The translations under genes and the position numbers were made by a program. Below, piece after piece: positions 38,901 through 50,447 of a DNA stretch of 64,000 nucleotides (the first letter of the stretch is position 1; each line of letters begins with the position of its first letter). The DNA lies in the NCBI RefSeq assembly GCF_009914755.1, contig NC_060926.1; one strand, written 5' to 3'. Source of the stretch: the human T2T-CHM13v2.0 reference genome, Homo sapiens. The notes beneath the pieces were generated by a model. The model was not told the DNA's origin and searched no databases. It was given only the letters and a program-made list of their open reading frames with translations.

Positions 38901-40434
38901 AAAATCTGTGATTGTGGACACGCAGCCTTTGGTGTAAGACACAGGTGGAGGGATCAGGGATTGGGAGATGATGAAGGCAAATCCTTCAGAATAGGAGTTT
39001 AGGGGGAGTTCGTTGCAGGATCTAGACGGGAAGGCCTTTAAGCGAGACCTTGCCGGTCTCTCTGCATCAGCCTCAGGTGGCCTGCGGGTGGTCAGTGGGG
39101 AATTTTAAGCCAAGGTCTGGCTCAGCACCAACGACAGGAACTGGTCTGGCCTGATTGTAGAAAGGGAGGTCCTATGACACTTTCACAACATCTTCCCGAA
39201 GACAGAGAGTGGGTGGCCGCTTCCTTATCCTGCCATGGCCGCCTGCTTGTTTTAACTCTGAGTGCATCAGGTGGCCACAGGGAGCCCCTTTTGTCTGTCG
39301 GCTGGGAGCACACTTAACAAAGCTTACATTCAGGAACACATGCCCAGTAGAGGTCGGAGGGGTGCGATGTTGGAAATGAGATTAAATAAATGCCTACGTA
39401 ATATTCACAGAGACCCCAGCTCTCTCCTGAAGCTCAGCTCCAAGAACGGTGGTGGTCAGGGCATGGCCGCACAACCTTACCTTGACCACTCAGGAAAAGG
39501 CCTGGCTGTTCCCAAACAGAAGATTTATAGATAACCACAACAAAGCCGCCAGCTTCCAGCCCCATCATGCTGCAGAGACCTCACCACGGGCGGGCCCCCT
39601 GCACATGTGTGGAAGCTTCCCATCAGGGTCAGTGTCTCTCTCCTCAATGCAGGCAGAAAGGCGTCTGGAGCGGGGAGACCACGGCCAGCAATAGACACTG
39701 CAGATTTAGTGGCAAAGACGGGGGCAGAGCTGGAAAACTGAAAGAAAGAGAGAATAAAATGAGAACAAGAACCAGGGTATGAGCTGTCAGGAAGACGCTA
39801 AGGAAAAAAGCCTACCACAATCTTCTCATCCATTCTTCTGCTTTATTCAAACGTTCGGGTCCTTGTCTGGCCTCAAGAAGGAATAAGAGGCAGGGTATCT
39901 CAAAATTCTGCTAGGTTTAACATAGCTTCTTCTTGGTCTTGTCGCTTTCTGCATTTTTATGACTTCCCAGTAAAACTCAGCATTCGGGGAGGGAAGGCAG
40001 AGAGAGTGCAAAGTGGGAGAACCCGGGACTGGCATTGGTGAGGGGGCTGTGCTGAGGTCAGAGGTGATCCTCTCTGGCCCAGCAGAGACCTAGAGCCTCT
40101 TGACAGTCGGGTCCAGGTGAGTGAAATGAGAGTCAAAGCCAGGGTGGAGGGGTGTTGCAGCCTCCAGGGAGCTGGAGACTGGTACCGGTGAGAGGGAGGA
40201 CTAGGAAGGGCACAGGGAGAAAGGAAAAGAACTGCAATTTGAAGGTCCTGATGTTGAAAACTCTGATGAGCTCCCAGTAAAGTAAGTAGAGCTAAGACGA
40301 TTGTCCTCAAGGCTAAGATGGATTAAAAGGTGGCCATGGAGGTGACCACAGCCTCCTCTCATCGCAACAGACAGGGAAGAGCAACACGGTGAGCCACAGG
40401 CGGGTCTGCCTCCCGCTGCCTTTGGACTCAATAT

Positions 40435-40518
40435 CGACCTTACCTGAATTTCCAGCCTGCTGGTCTGCAGACTTCAGATTTCCCAGCCCCACAAAGGAGT
40501 GAAAAAATTCTCTGAAAT

Positions 40519-40554
<36 letters not shown>

Positions 40555-40592
40555 CTATTTCTCTGGAGAACTCGGACTCATGCAGATTTTGG
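40435..40592 (+). mobile_element. MLT2 (B-D-like) LTR 3' fragment with (TC)n, plus the first bases of ERVL internal
   Basis: TTTCCAGCCTGCTGG...CCAGCCCCACAA...AAATCAATCTC(TC)n...TTTCTCTGGAGAAC..GACTCATGCA followed by GATTTTGGT. Confidence 0.8.
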
Positions 40593-40777
40593 TCTGAGGA
40601 AGGTGAGAGTGAGCTGTGTTTTCATTCAGCAGGGGTGACTGGAGCCTGGACTTCCCTGAGCCTGCACACACAAGGATCCACAGTGGAGGGCTCCTCCATC
40701 TAGACTGGTCACCATGGAAGCAGAGAGTAAAAATACAGCTGAGAGGGGTGGCCGTGGAAATGTGTGTGACTCACTCG

Positions 40778-41133
40778 GGAGCACCAGGATGCACACAGGA
40801 GGAGCACCAAGGATGAGCACGGGAGCACCAAGAATGCACACAGCAGCACCGGGGATGCACACAGGAGTATTGGGGATGCACATAGGAGCACCAGAGATGC
40901 ACACAGGAGCACTGGGGATGCACATAGGAGTATTGGGGACGCACACAGCAGCACCAGGGATGCACACAGGAGCACCGGGGATGCCCACAGGAGCACCAGG
41001 GATGTGAACAGGAGCATTAGAGATGCATGCAGGAGCACCGGGGATGCACACAGGAGCACCGGGGATGCCCACAGGAGCACTGAAGATGTGTGCACAGGAG
41101 CACTGAGGATGCGCACAGGAGCACCGGGGATGT
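40778..41133. repeat. 21-bp minisatellite GGAGCACCGGGGATGCACACA (~16-17 copies)
   Basis: Directly visible; the translation track shows repeated GMHTGAP. Confidence 0.95.
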
Positions 41134-41449
41134 ACGCCCCACCCAGAGCCAGGAGGAGTCTGGATGACTTCCTGAAAGTCATGAAGCTTGGGTGAGTGGG
41201 TGAAACGGAGGGAACATTGGCACCCGAGCCCAGATGGCCATACCCACCGATTCCAGAGGCAGGGCACTGCACACCGGGAGTGTGTGTGTGATGGTGGCTG
41301 GGTGCAGGGACAGAGGCTTAGTAGACACAGGCAGCAAATGTGCTCAGACACCTGGCATCAAGGGCTCGTGCATCAAGTTAGAGTTTGGGTCTTACCATGT
41401 GGGCTGCAGGAGTGCCTCTGAATATTCTAAATGGGGAAGTGACTTGGTC

Positions 41450-41760
41450 AAGATTTTCACTAGGAATATATGTTGTTATTTATTATAGTCGCCGTGTTAT
41501 GCAATAGGTCACCAGAGCTGATTCCTGCTACCCATCTGAAACTTTGTTCCCTTTGGCCAGCATACCCTAAGAGAGGATTTAAATATGTTCTTCCATAAAG
41601 AAATGGCAAACATTTGAGGTGACAGGTACTCTAATCAGCTTGATTTGTTCATCCCACAATGTGTATATATACATATACTGAAACACATTGTACCCCATAA
41701 ATATATGTAGCTATCATTTATTAATAAAAATATAACAAATTTGAAAACAAAAAAATTAAA
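41450..41760 (+). mobile_element. L1MA 3' end with inverted 5' segment
   Basis: 41568-41760 is a sense L1MA end (TAAGAGAGGATTTAAAT...TGAGGTGAC...CATTGTACCCCATAAATATAT...A-tail). 41450-41567 is the preceding consensus segment in antisense. Confidence 0.85.
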
Positions 41761-43839
41761 ACATCTCCCCCAGGAAGATCTCTCTGTGATGGATTTGAGG
41801 GAGTGAAACCAGAATAGTCCTCCTAGGAGGCTGTAGTGGTGCTCCAGGCCAGAGAGAAGGGTGTCCTAAGCAGCTGAGGCTGCGGGAGGGTATGTGAAGG
41901 AGACAGAGTAACAGGACTTGCTACTAAATAGCCCACGATGCCCAGGAAAGGAACCCAGGATGTGTGGACATTCTGGTTTGAGAAGTGCACAGAGTCTTCG
42001 ACGACGCACGAGGAGGAGTGGGTTTGGGTAGAGAAAAGACATCAGTCCAGGGAGGGTGGTGATGGGTTTCGGAAGAGACCTGGGATAGCGAGGTGCCTGG
42101 ACGGCCACACCACTGCGACCAATTTGCTTATGCAGGTCACACCCAACAGTGACAGGATCACAGGCTGAACTATCCACCAGAGCCTAGATGTGGCAAAGAC
42201 GAGCCCATGAAATCATCCACACTGTGCACTGGAGGAAGATGACAGGGGATGGGGCATCCTCTGTAAAAAGCAGGAAGGAGGAGGATGTCCTCAATAGCAT
42301 TCTACAGTCACAGAACTCTATCATTTTCAAGGGTAAGAATGAAGGCTTTAAGTGGTATTATTCCCATTTTACAAAGAGGGAAACTGTTACAGAGGGATAG
42401 CTTCCACCCTAGTTCCAGTTTTGTGGATATGATACTGGCTCTTGGAAGCGAGGTCCTGAACCTGACATGACGAACCTGAGGGCATACCCTGTAATACCCA
42501 GGACCTCGACATGATCGAGGACACTTTCAGAGGGCAGCCCGGACCAGGAACCCTGAGCTCCGGCCTGGGCTCCTCTCCTGCAGCCTCCCTGAGCCGGCAC
42601 TGCCAGGCGTGCACCTAATGGCTGCTCGCGTTCTCTGTGACTTCCAAGGTGGGTGACAGGAAAAGGGAGCTACATTCCCTGGGCTGGTGGCTCAAGCCCC
42701 GTGGCAGCATCTGTTTTTAAGTGATATGCACATGACAGTTTTTATGGCGTCCTTTCTGATATCAAATCCTGTCTCTTCACTTCCAACCCAGAATTAATTG
42801 AGAATGTTTCTTCCTTAGGTTTGATGATTCTTATGGTTATTGAGGCCCATGTGCACAGGTAAGAAGCTTTATATAAGTAACCATAATACCTTGCATTTTT
42901 CCAGTGTGTATTTTTTCTTGAGAGATCAAAAGACTATGGTATCGCCCTCCTGTGGCTGAAAGGAAATGTTCGCTCATGTGCTGTGGATGCACTGTCACGT
43001 CCATGGGTGAGGTCACATTGCCTGCGTGTGGAAGCTGTCACCTGACACACGCTTACTTACCTTGCAGGGAGCCAGCAGGGCAAACACCTCTTCGTCCTGA
43101 AGCTGAGTGGCTTGGACAGGCACAACGTGGCACCAGGAGCCCGAGGGGAGCCATCAGGGCTGCAAGAACCAGCATGACCACAGCCTTCCAGTCCAGAGGC
43201 CTGGGGTGGAAGGAGGGATTTGACCAAGCCGTAGGAGTCAGGAAATGGTTGTGTTGCCAGTGATAGATTCACTGGAGATGTCCCAGCTTTGACTGTGTGG
43301 AGGCACGCAGGCTTCAGGACAGGAGCACGGAAGGAGGTGGGCGCTGCACCACCTGCAGGGGCCAGTGGTGAGGAATGAGGATGGGCAGAAGATTCAGGGA
43401 CTTGACCTTGGGTTCAAGGACATCTGGGCTGTGAGGAAGGACAGATGCTCTGGCTGGAGGCCTCGTCACCTGGGACACCAGGCCTGGAATGCAGCTCTCC
43501 ATCCAGCCCCCGCTCGCTGCTGAGGCCTCCTGCTGGGAATAAATAACTCCCAGGGGAGGAAATAAAGAGGGCACACAGAGCTGTGAGCGCTGTCCCGGTG
43601 CACCACGGATCCAAGTGATGAGGGTGAAAGGAGAGGCTTCGTTTTCCTTTGGCAATCAAATTTTAAAAGATTAATAATCCAGGTTGTTACTAGTGAGTGG
43701 GAGAGCAGCGACACACACATTGCCTTACGCTGATGGTAAAAGTAAACGTGGAATAAAATGATACTTACAGGAAGCAATAGCTGTCAAGGAACTTTGGGGA
43801 ACTTTTCCTAATTAAATAATCTAAAACAAGAAGAAAACT

Positions 43840-44010
43840 GTATTCACCAGGATGTTCGCGACACTGCTGTTTATGGTATTAAAAATAAAAACAGTACCAT
43901 GTCCACAGTTAGCGAAATGGTTCATGATAACACTACTCTGCAATGTAAAGGGGAGTTCACACACCGAGAACGAGGAAATGACAATGAATTGACATGAGAA
44001 TGACTGAACC
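43840..44010 (+). mobile_element. Old L1M(C/E) 3' region fragment
   Basis: CAGGATGTTCGCGACACTGCTGTTTATGGTA...ATGTCCACAGTTAGCGAAATGGTT...TACTCTGCAATGTAAAG. Confidence 0.55.
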
Positions 44011-44134
44011 AGCAGTGACCTGCGCAGTGTGGCTCCTGGGAGAGGCCTGGGCCAGTGTGTAATCTCACAGCCAGAGTCCAAGCCACAGGGGAGACTCCCA
44101 GAGCCTCCCTAAGCTCTACCTTCCCGCTCTGTAA

Positions 44135-44472
<338 letters not shown>

Positions 44473-46434
44473 AGAAATGCTCATCTCATGCGGCTGGAGT
44501 GGGGATGAAAATCAGATAATGAATCAGACGCACCGTGATCACATAATCACCGTTAAGCACTTTAGATGGAAACCCAGATTTCCTACCTGGTGTTCTGCAT
44601 AGATAACACCAACCAGGTGTAGACGCGGCAAAGACACCTGGAGCCCTCTCAAAGCCAGCTGGGGTTCTGTACATAGGTCTGTGACAGAGGCAGTGGTGTG
44701 AGACCTCAATGCTGAACGAAACAGGGGCTGGGTCAGAGAGGGCCACTGCAGACCTGAGCCCCTCCTGGCTGGGCCCCCAGCACCTGGGGAGCGCAGGATG
44801 ATAAAACACCAGCGAAGGCTCTTTAATTGGTTATCTGCATGCATGCCTTTAAGCCTACGGTTTTGTGAATAATAAATAATCCACTTCAGAGTTTAGGGTC
44901 CATTCTCTTGGCTGATTTTGTTGCAGCCTTTATAAAAATCCTGCCCTGTTATTAACAGGCTTTGAGATTGGGAGCAAGACACTTTCCTTTTTGGACTCAG
45001 TTTTACTATCTGGCAAAATATGTGGGAAGACTCTGAGACGTACGGTCCTTGCCAGGCAACTTTTTTTCCTCCTTCAGGCCTAGACTTGTGGGCTGGTCCT
45101 TGTCTTCACAGCCAGGCTGTGCCAAGGTCACAGTCAGGAGAACGCTCCAGCCCTGGCTGGCTCCCCTCCATCCTCCCCTTCCCCTCTAGAGCAGACTCTA
45201 ATAATAATGATGATCATGGTGAACCCTCCTCTGCATCTTGGAAGGAGACAATTTAAACGAAGTCCAACTAAGGCAAAACATTTCTCTTTTCTTTTTCCCC
45301 TTCTTATTTTTTAATTCTACCTCTCCAGAATAAGGAACACATTAGGAAGATAATAGGGGAATATGTGTGGGAAGCAAAGGATTCTGGTTCTCTCAGAGAA
45401 GGGTGACCCCCACCAGCCTTCACTGTCCTCGGAGGGCCCGCATGTCCCACGGTGCTTCCAGGGCCCTCGTTGGGTGTGGGCATTGGGGGCTTGGAATCGC
45501 TGGCTGGCAGGAGAGAGGGCCGCTGAGAAAGAGCAGCTGACATGGGCAAAATCCCCAGAACATGTGCAGGGAGCAGGGAGAGTGACTTTCCCACCCCACA
45601 GCTGACAGGGACGTCGCCTGCAGGTCCCACGCGGGGCTGGCTCTTTACCTTCTCCAGAGTTCACAGCACAGGTGGCTCGGGCAAGGCTGGGCTCAGAGAC
45701 AAAGAAGGCTCTTTCCAGAGCCAGCCTCCTGCTTTTTCCCAATAGGGACAGCCCCCTCCCACCGTGCACTTGGAAATTTTGCCTCCCCACACCCGTACGC
45801 GCAAACCCACATGCAAGGTGGAGAGACTCCGTCGCATGTCCCGAGTCTGAGGACATGACCGGAGCGGAGTCCGGGAAGTCCCTCAGGGGCAAGCACAGGG
45901 GCAGCTCTGTCTGCTGATCCTTTCCAGTCTCCCTTTCTTCCGCCTTAGAGCTCAGCTCTTTGCTGTCCTAAGAAATGCAAAAAGTACAATTAATAATTAA
46001 TGGAGCGAGAGCCTCTTGTCTGTGTTATTCAATGCCCAAATGCTAGGACAGACCAGCCCCAGGAGCAGCTTGAACCGCACAGACGCTGAGCTGCACTTAG
46101 AGGTGTGTTGATTTCCTCCCATCTCCCTTCCGTGGAAACCAGGGCAGGCCCAGATGCAGCGCACAGGGCCAGGCCAGATGAGAGCCAGTGCTTGCCACAC
46201 GAAGGTGCACCTCAAAGGACCACCCTGATTCCAAGGGCCAGTCCATCTGCTGGATGGTGGCAGGAGGGCCGAAGTGGCAGGAGGGCCGAAAGGCACATTT
46301 GCAGTGTTCACAAACCAAAGTCACCATCACTAGACACCATGTCTCTCAACCTGTAGGGCGACACTGTCTCTCCCATGTCACAGATGACTAAATTAAGGCA
46401 CAGCAGAGTTTGCTTGAAAAGCACACTGCCAATA

Positions 46435-46540
46435 AGCTGTTCCATCAATTCTAAGGTACACGCTGAAAAATATATTTTAATATCAATGGCGTGTCAAATG
46501 CAGTTGGTGCCATCTTTTTAGAGTTACATAAATATCTTAT
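46435..46540. mobile_element. Possible MER104/Kanga-like (Tc2) DNA transposon relic
   Basis: CTGTTCCATCAATTCTAAGGTACAC resembles the CCGTATTTCATCGATTCTAAGATGCAC terminus; a weak inverted counterpart CATCTTTTTAGAGTTACATAAATAT follows. Confidence 0.4.
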
Positions 46541-47931
46541 AGTGATGGGATTTACTAAAGCAAATCTAGGATTAGAACACTCCCCTTCCATTCAGTTACT
46601 ACTCTGGTGCTCCGTTTATTGGGAACATAAGGAAACAAGATGTGCACCTGGCAGGCAGTCCCTGCCCATCCCTGTGTGCACCATCCCTTCTCCTGCCTGG
46701 AGGAAGCACCCTCCTTAAATGAAGAGGAAAGGTCCAGGGTGGTGGGCGGTGGGGGAAGACAGGATGCAAATCCTGCAGCCTGCTGAATCCGGCTGCACTC
46801 AGCCTCTGCTGCTCGCTCTGTGACTGTGGGCAGTTTTCTGGGCAGTGGGATTAGTGACGGTGCTCCCAGGCGTGCACGCAGGTGCCCATCCCATCTCTCC
46901 ATGCAGTCATCTGGCTGCCCCTGGGAGTGGCGTGGCCTGTCCTCCTCCCTCTCTGCTCTCTGAGCCCTGTCCTGTGCACTAGCAGCAGAGTCAGGGGCTC
47001 TGGGTGGGCTTCCCCGCTGTGAGCGCCTTGAAGGCAGGGGCTTTGTCGTATTCATCCTTCACCAAACCTGCAGGATGCTAACAGCACATCTGTCCTTGCA
47101 ATTTGGAAAACAGAGGCGGCATACCTTCTTCATTTCCTTGCCAATTTCTCATGATTAACTGGGCTGATATGAGTATTGTGTTTCTCTATGAAGGAAGAGG
47201 ACCCGTATTATAGTTTGGCTATTTCAGAGTACACCAGGCACATTCGGCAAGGCTTCTACTGAAAGGCCTGGTCAGCCACTCTGTAGGAGCTGGTGCCTGC
47301 TCATGCAGCCAAGCTTGGTTCCCTGCAGCCTCCCAAGCACAGTCTGGCCAGGTTGGTTATGGCTGTTCCTCAGGCTGCTGTGGAAGGCTCTTGTTGGCTC
47401 CGGCCCCAATCCCTCTTTCAAGTCACAGTGGTCAGGGTCACAAAACTGGTTTTGGAGAAAATGATATAAAACTGACTGACATAACCTCTACCCCTTTTGC
47501 CCCAAAAGGAGCAGAGTAACCAGCAGGCACTAGGGGGCTGCAGCCTCAACCCACAAGGGTGAGATCTTGTCATTTAGTGAACACAGCATTCAGTCTACCT
47601 CGTCTTTGGAAGGGTAGCAGGTGTGATGTTAGACTTCACAAGCCACAAACGGCGCTCAGCACGTGGGAGCCCAGGGCCCCTGTGGCCTTCCCCTGTGGAT
47701 GCCTGCGGGCAGAGCTCCCACCTCTCCCACTGCAGTCGGGAGATGGCAAACCCCAGGTCTGTCCTCAGGACAGCGCCTCACCCATGCTCTTCACGAGGAG
47801 GAGGATAAAATCCACCCTTCAGGGTTGTTGAGAAACTAAATGAGACACCGACTAGGGCACGGGAGGGTCCACAGAGGCCCTGTAAGAGCTGCTGGTTCAT
47901 TCCTTTGTGTTTTCAAGGTCCGGGCAAGCAC

Positions 47932-47955
47932 GGGATGGGATGGGATGGGATGGGA
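47932..47955. repeat. (GGGAT)5 repeat, canonical G-quadruplex motif
   Basis: Five GGG runs with 2-nt loops. Confidence 0.85.
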
Positions 47956-48494
47956 CCAGCCATGGGGTGCGGCAGGCTGCCCACTTCCCCAGCCTGGGTC
48001 TCTGCCCAATACCTCAGACTCCATCCTGCCTGGCAGCTGAAGTGGCTCTGCCGGCTCCTTCCAAGAGCTCTCAGCCTGAGCCGCTATCGATTGTAGACAC
48101 TTTGCACGAGTCCGTTAAGATAGGAGGGGAGAAAATGCAGCAGCCATCCAGAAATAATTAGAAGAGAAAAGGGCTCCCCAGATCCACCTCCTCTCTGAAA
48201 AGCCGAGACCAACGCCCACTCGTCCTCCACCCTGTCTCCATCTCATACACACACATACTGATTGCCAAAAAATGTGCTCTGAAAAATCGTGTTGGCAATT
48301 GTGTTTGATCCCGGCTTCTATGCCTTTCGGAAGGGCCTGCGCTCAAGGACATTTCTGAGCGATGTCTTGGCCACACAGCTTGCCGTTCACTCCTCCCCTC
48401 ATTCCTCCTTCCCTCCCTGGGATCTCACTTCTTCTTTGTGGATAACTCTGTCCTAGGAACAAGACGGAAGCAAGACACTAGTGAAAATAAAGCA

Positions 48495-48660
48495 AACCAC
48501 ATTGTTGAGTAAGGGCTACATGCCGGGCACTGTCCTGAGCATCCTTCCTAAGAAAACCTTGCGAGTTGGGTATTAATAACCATGTTACAGATTAGGGAAC
48601 TGGAGGACAGAGAAGGCAAGTGAGCTGCTGGGGTGATTGTTCATCCAGGACCAGCAGATT
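48495..48660 (-). mobile_element. MIR fragment
   Basis: CTACATGCCGGGCACTGTCCTGAGCA...AACCTTGCGAGTTGGGTATTAATAACCATGTTACAGATTAGGGAACTGGAGG. Confidence 0.8.
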
Positions 48661-49920
48661 CCAGCAAGGCTGGGCTCTTCCCGTGACCCTGCCAGACCCC
48701 TCTTGAGCCGAGTGGAAACGGGGCTCTCAGACATGCTGGGGTCTTTGCATCCTTGTGAGAAGCGGTGGGGTGGGAGGGATCTGGACTGTCGGAACCCACA
48801 CTATGCACTCCGTCCTCACGTTCCACCTGAGCCCACTGAGGCCTGGAGGGAGGGAGGCGGATGCAGGGCATTCTGACTGTGGAGTCAGACAGAGCCTGAG
48901 GGTGGGGACTGGCCTGTCACTTCCACATTTTATTTGCTTTGGGCCTGAAATTCCTCCATTTACAGTCTAGGTCTTTATGATGAAAATTTCCCTCTTTCTT
49001 TTTTTTTCTTTTCTAGTACAAAGCTTGTCCTTACTAGCTGTAAGCTGCTGGTTTCTTAGCTGGGTGCCCTATTTCTGTGTTATCAGAGGGCGGCAGCAGC
49101 AGAACAGGCAGGCCCTGAGGGCAGAGGAGGAAGGAAGAGGCCCATGAGGGTAAACGCCCTGGAGGAAGGGGGCTTTCACAACATGGCGGTGGGGGGGGTG
49201 GGGGTCAACACAGCCACCTTTGTGCTGTCCCCTGGTCTCCTCCGCAGCCACTGGGGCACCTCCCAGGCCTGCTGCACACGGCTCCTGGTCTAAGGAGAGA
49301 GAACTTGGTACACAGATACCATAGAAGAAAATGCAGCAATGGCTAAATAAATAATTTCATCAAAATGCAATGAGAGCCACAAAAAAGGAGGCTCAGGGAA
49401 GGCCTGGTGTGAGCCTCACCAGTAGGCGTCGACCTCAGCACCGGCTCAGTGCAGGGCACAGGGGATACAAGGTGGGCCAGCTGGGGGCCTGCTGTCCACA
49501 GTCTCCGGAACTGCTGAAGGAAACTGTCCTGAGTGGGTGACGGTTTGCAGCACAGAAAGCACGTGTGCAGGTCAGAGTTGCACGGCCTGAGGGCCTCAGA
49601 GAGCCAAGGGGACATTCTCCTTCCCTGCCGGGTCCATCCTCCAGCAGGGATCTCCCTACCACCCTCCCACTCTTCAACAGCAGCCTTGTTGGATGGGAAA
49701 AAGGAGAAGGGGTGCAGGCAGCTCAGGGCTGTCGACCTGAGCTCAGAGGAGAGGCCAGTGTGGGGAGCCCAGATGGGTCATGCAGAGGAGCCAGCAGAAA
49801 CACATCGCTGGAGATGCCTTTAACGATGGGCATCTCTCTGTCTCTCTGAAGGCTCAGCAGAGAGCAGGAAGCCACAGGGCAGTGAGGCACCCACCAGTGG
49901 CAGCCGTGGAGGGAGGGAGC

Positions 49921-50447
49921 CTGGGCAGACAGAACCATGGACGCCAGTGGTGCCCATGCCCTGCCCAGGGACCTGTCATACATCACCTCACTGGCAAAGA
50001 GACTCACAGACGATGCCAGTGGTGCCCTGCCCAGGGACCTGTCATACATCACCTCACTGGCAAAGAGACTCGCACATGTGATTAAATTAAGAATTGGGGG
50101 ATTGAGGAGATTATTCTGGATTATCCAGGGGGTCCAAGGCAATCACTCAGGTCCCTGCAGGAGTCAGAGAAGGAGTGAGAGGGCAAAGGCCGAGGCCAGA
50201 CAGAGGCTGAAGGTGCTCCTGGTGAGCCGTCAAGGGAGAGGAAGGGGCCTGGGCCGAGGACTCTGGCTGGTGCCTCAGATCAGAAAAAGGTAAAGAATCC
50301 CCCATGGGCTCCAAAGGAGCACGGCCCTGCTGCCACGGACACCTGGCTGCCAGGACCTTCCATCCCGGCAGTGACTTGCGCCATAGGTGGCTCTGCGCCC
50401 ACTTAGATCGTGGGAATCTGTTACAGCAGCTGTGGCAAACCGACAAG
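49921..50447 (+). mobile_element. Solo MLT1D-like LTR with an internal ~70-bp tandem duplication
   Basis: TGGCAAAGAGACTCGCACATGTGATTAAATTAAG...GGAGATTATTCTGGATTATCCAGGGGG...TGTTACAGCAGC. 49940-50011 is repeated at 50012-50077. Confidence 0.85.

Noticed and set aside
39957-40310. ORF starting MRTIVLALLTLLGA, resembling a defensin-type signal peptide
   Set aside because: The start codon is TTG, not ATG; no propiece or cysteine motif, and no second exon.
40626-41351. Elastin-like (PGAPV)n ORFs
   Set aside because: In-frame translation of the 21-bp minisatellite, open in several frames on both strands.
45600-45900. CpG-enriched patch as a CpG-island promoter
   Set aside because: CpG density is only modestly above the GC-rich background and the patch is short; no linked exon structure seen.
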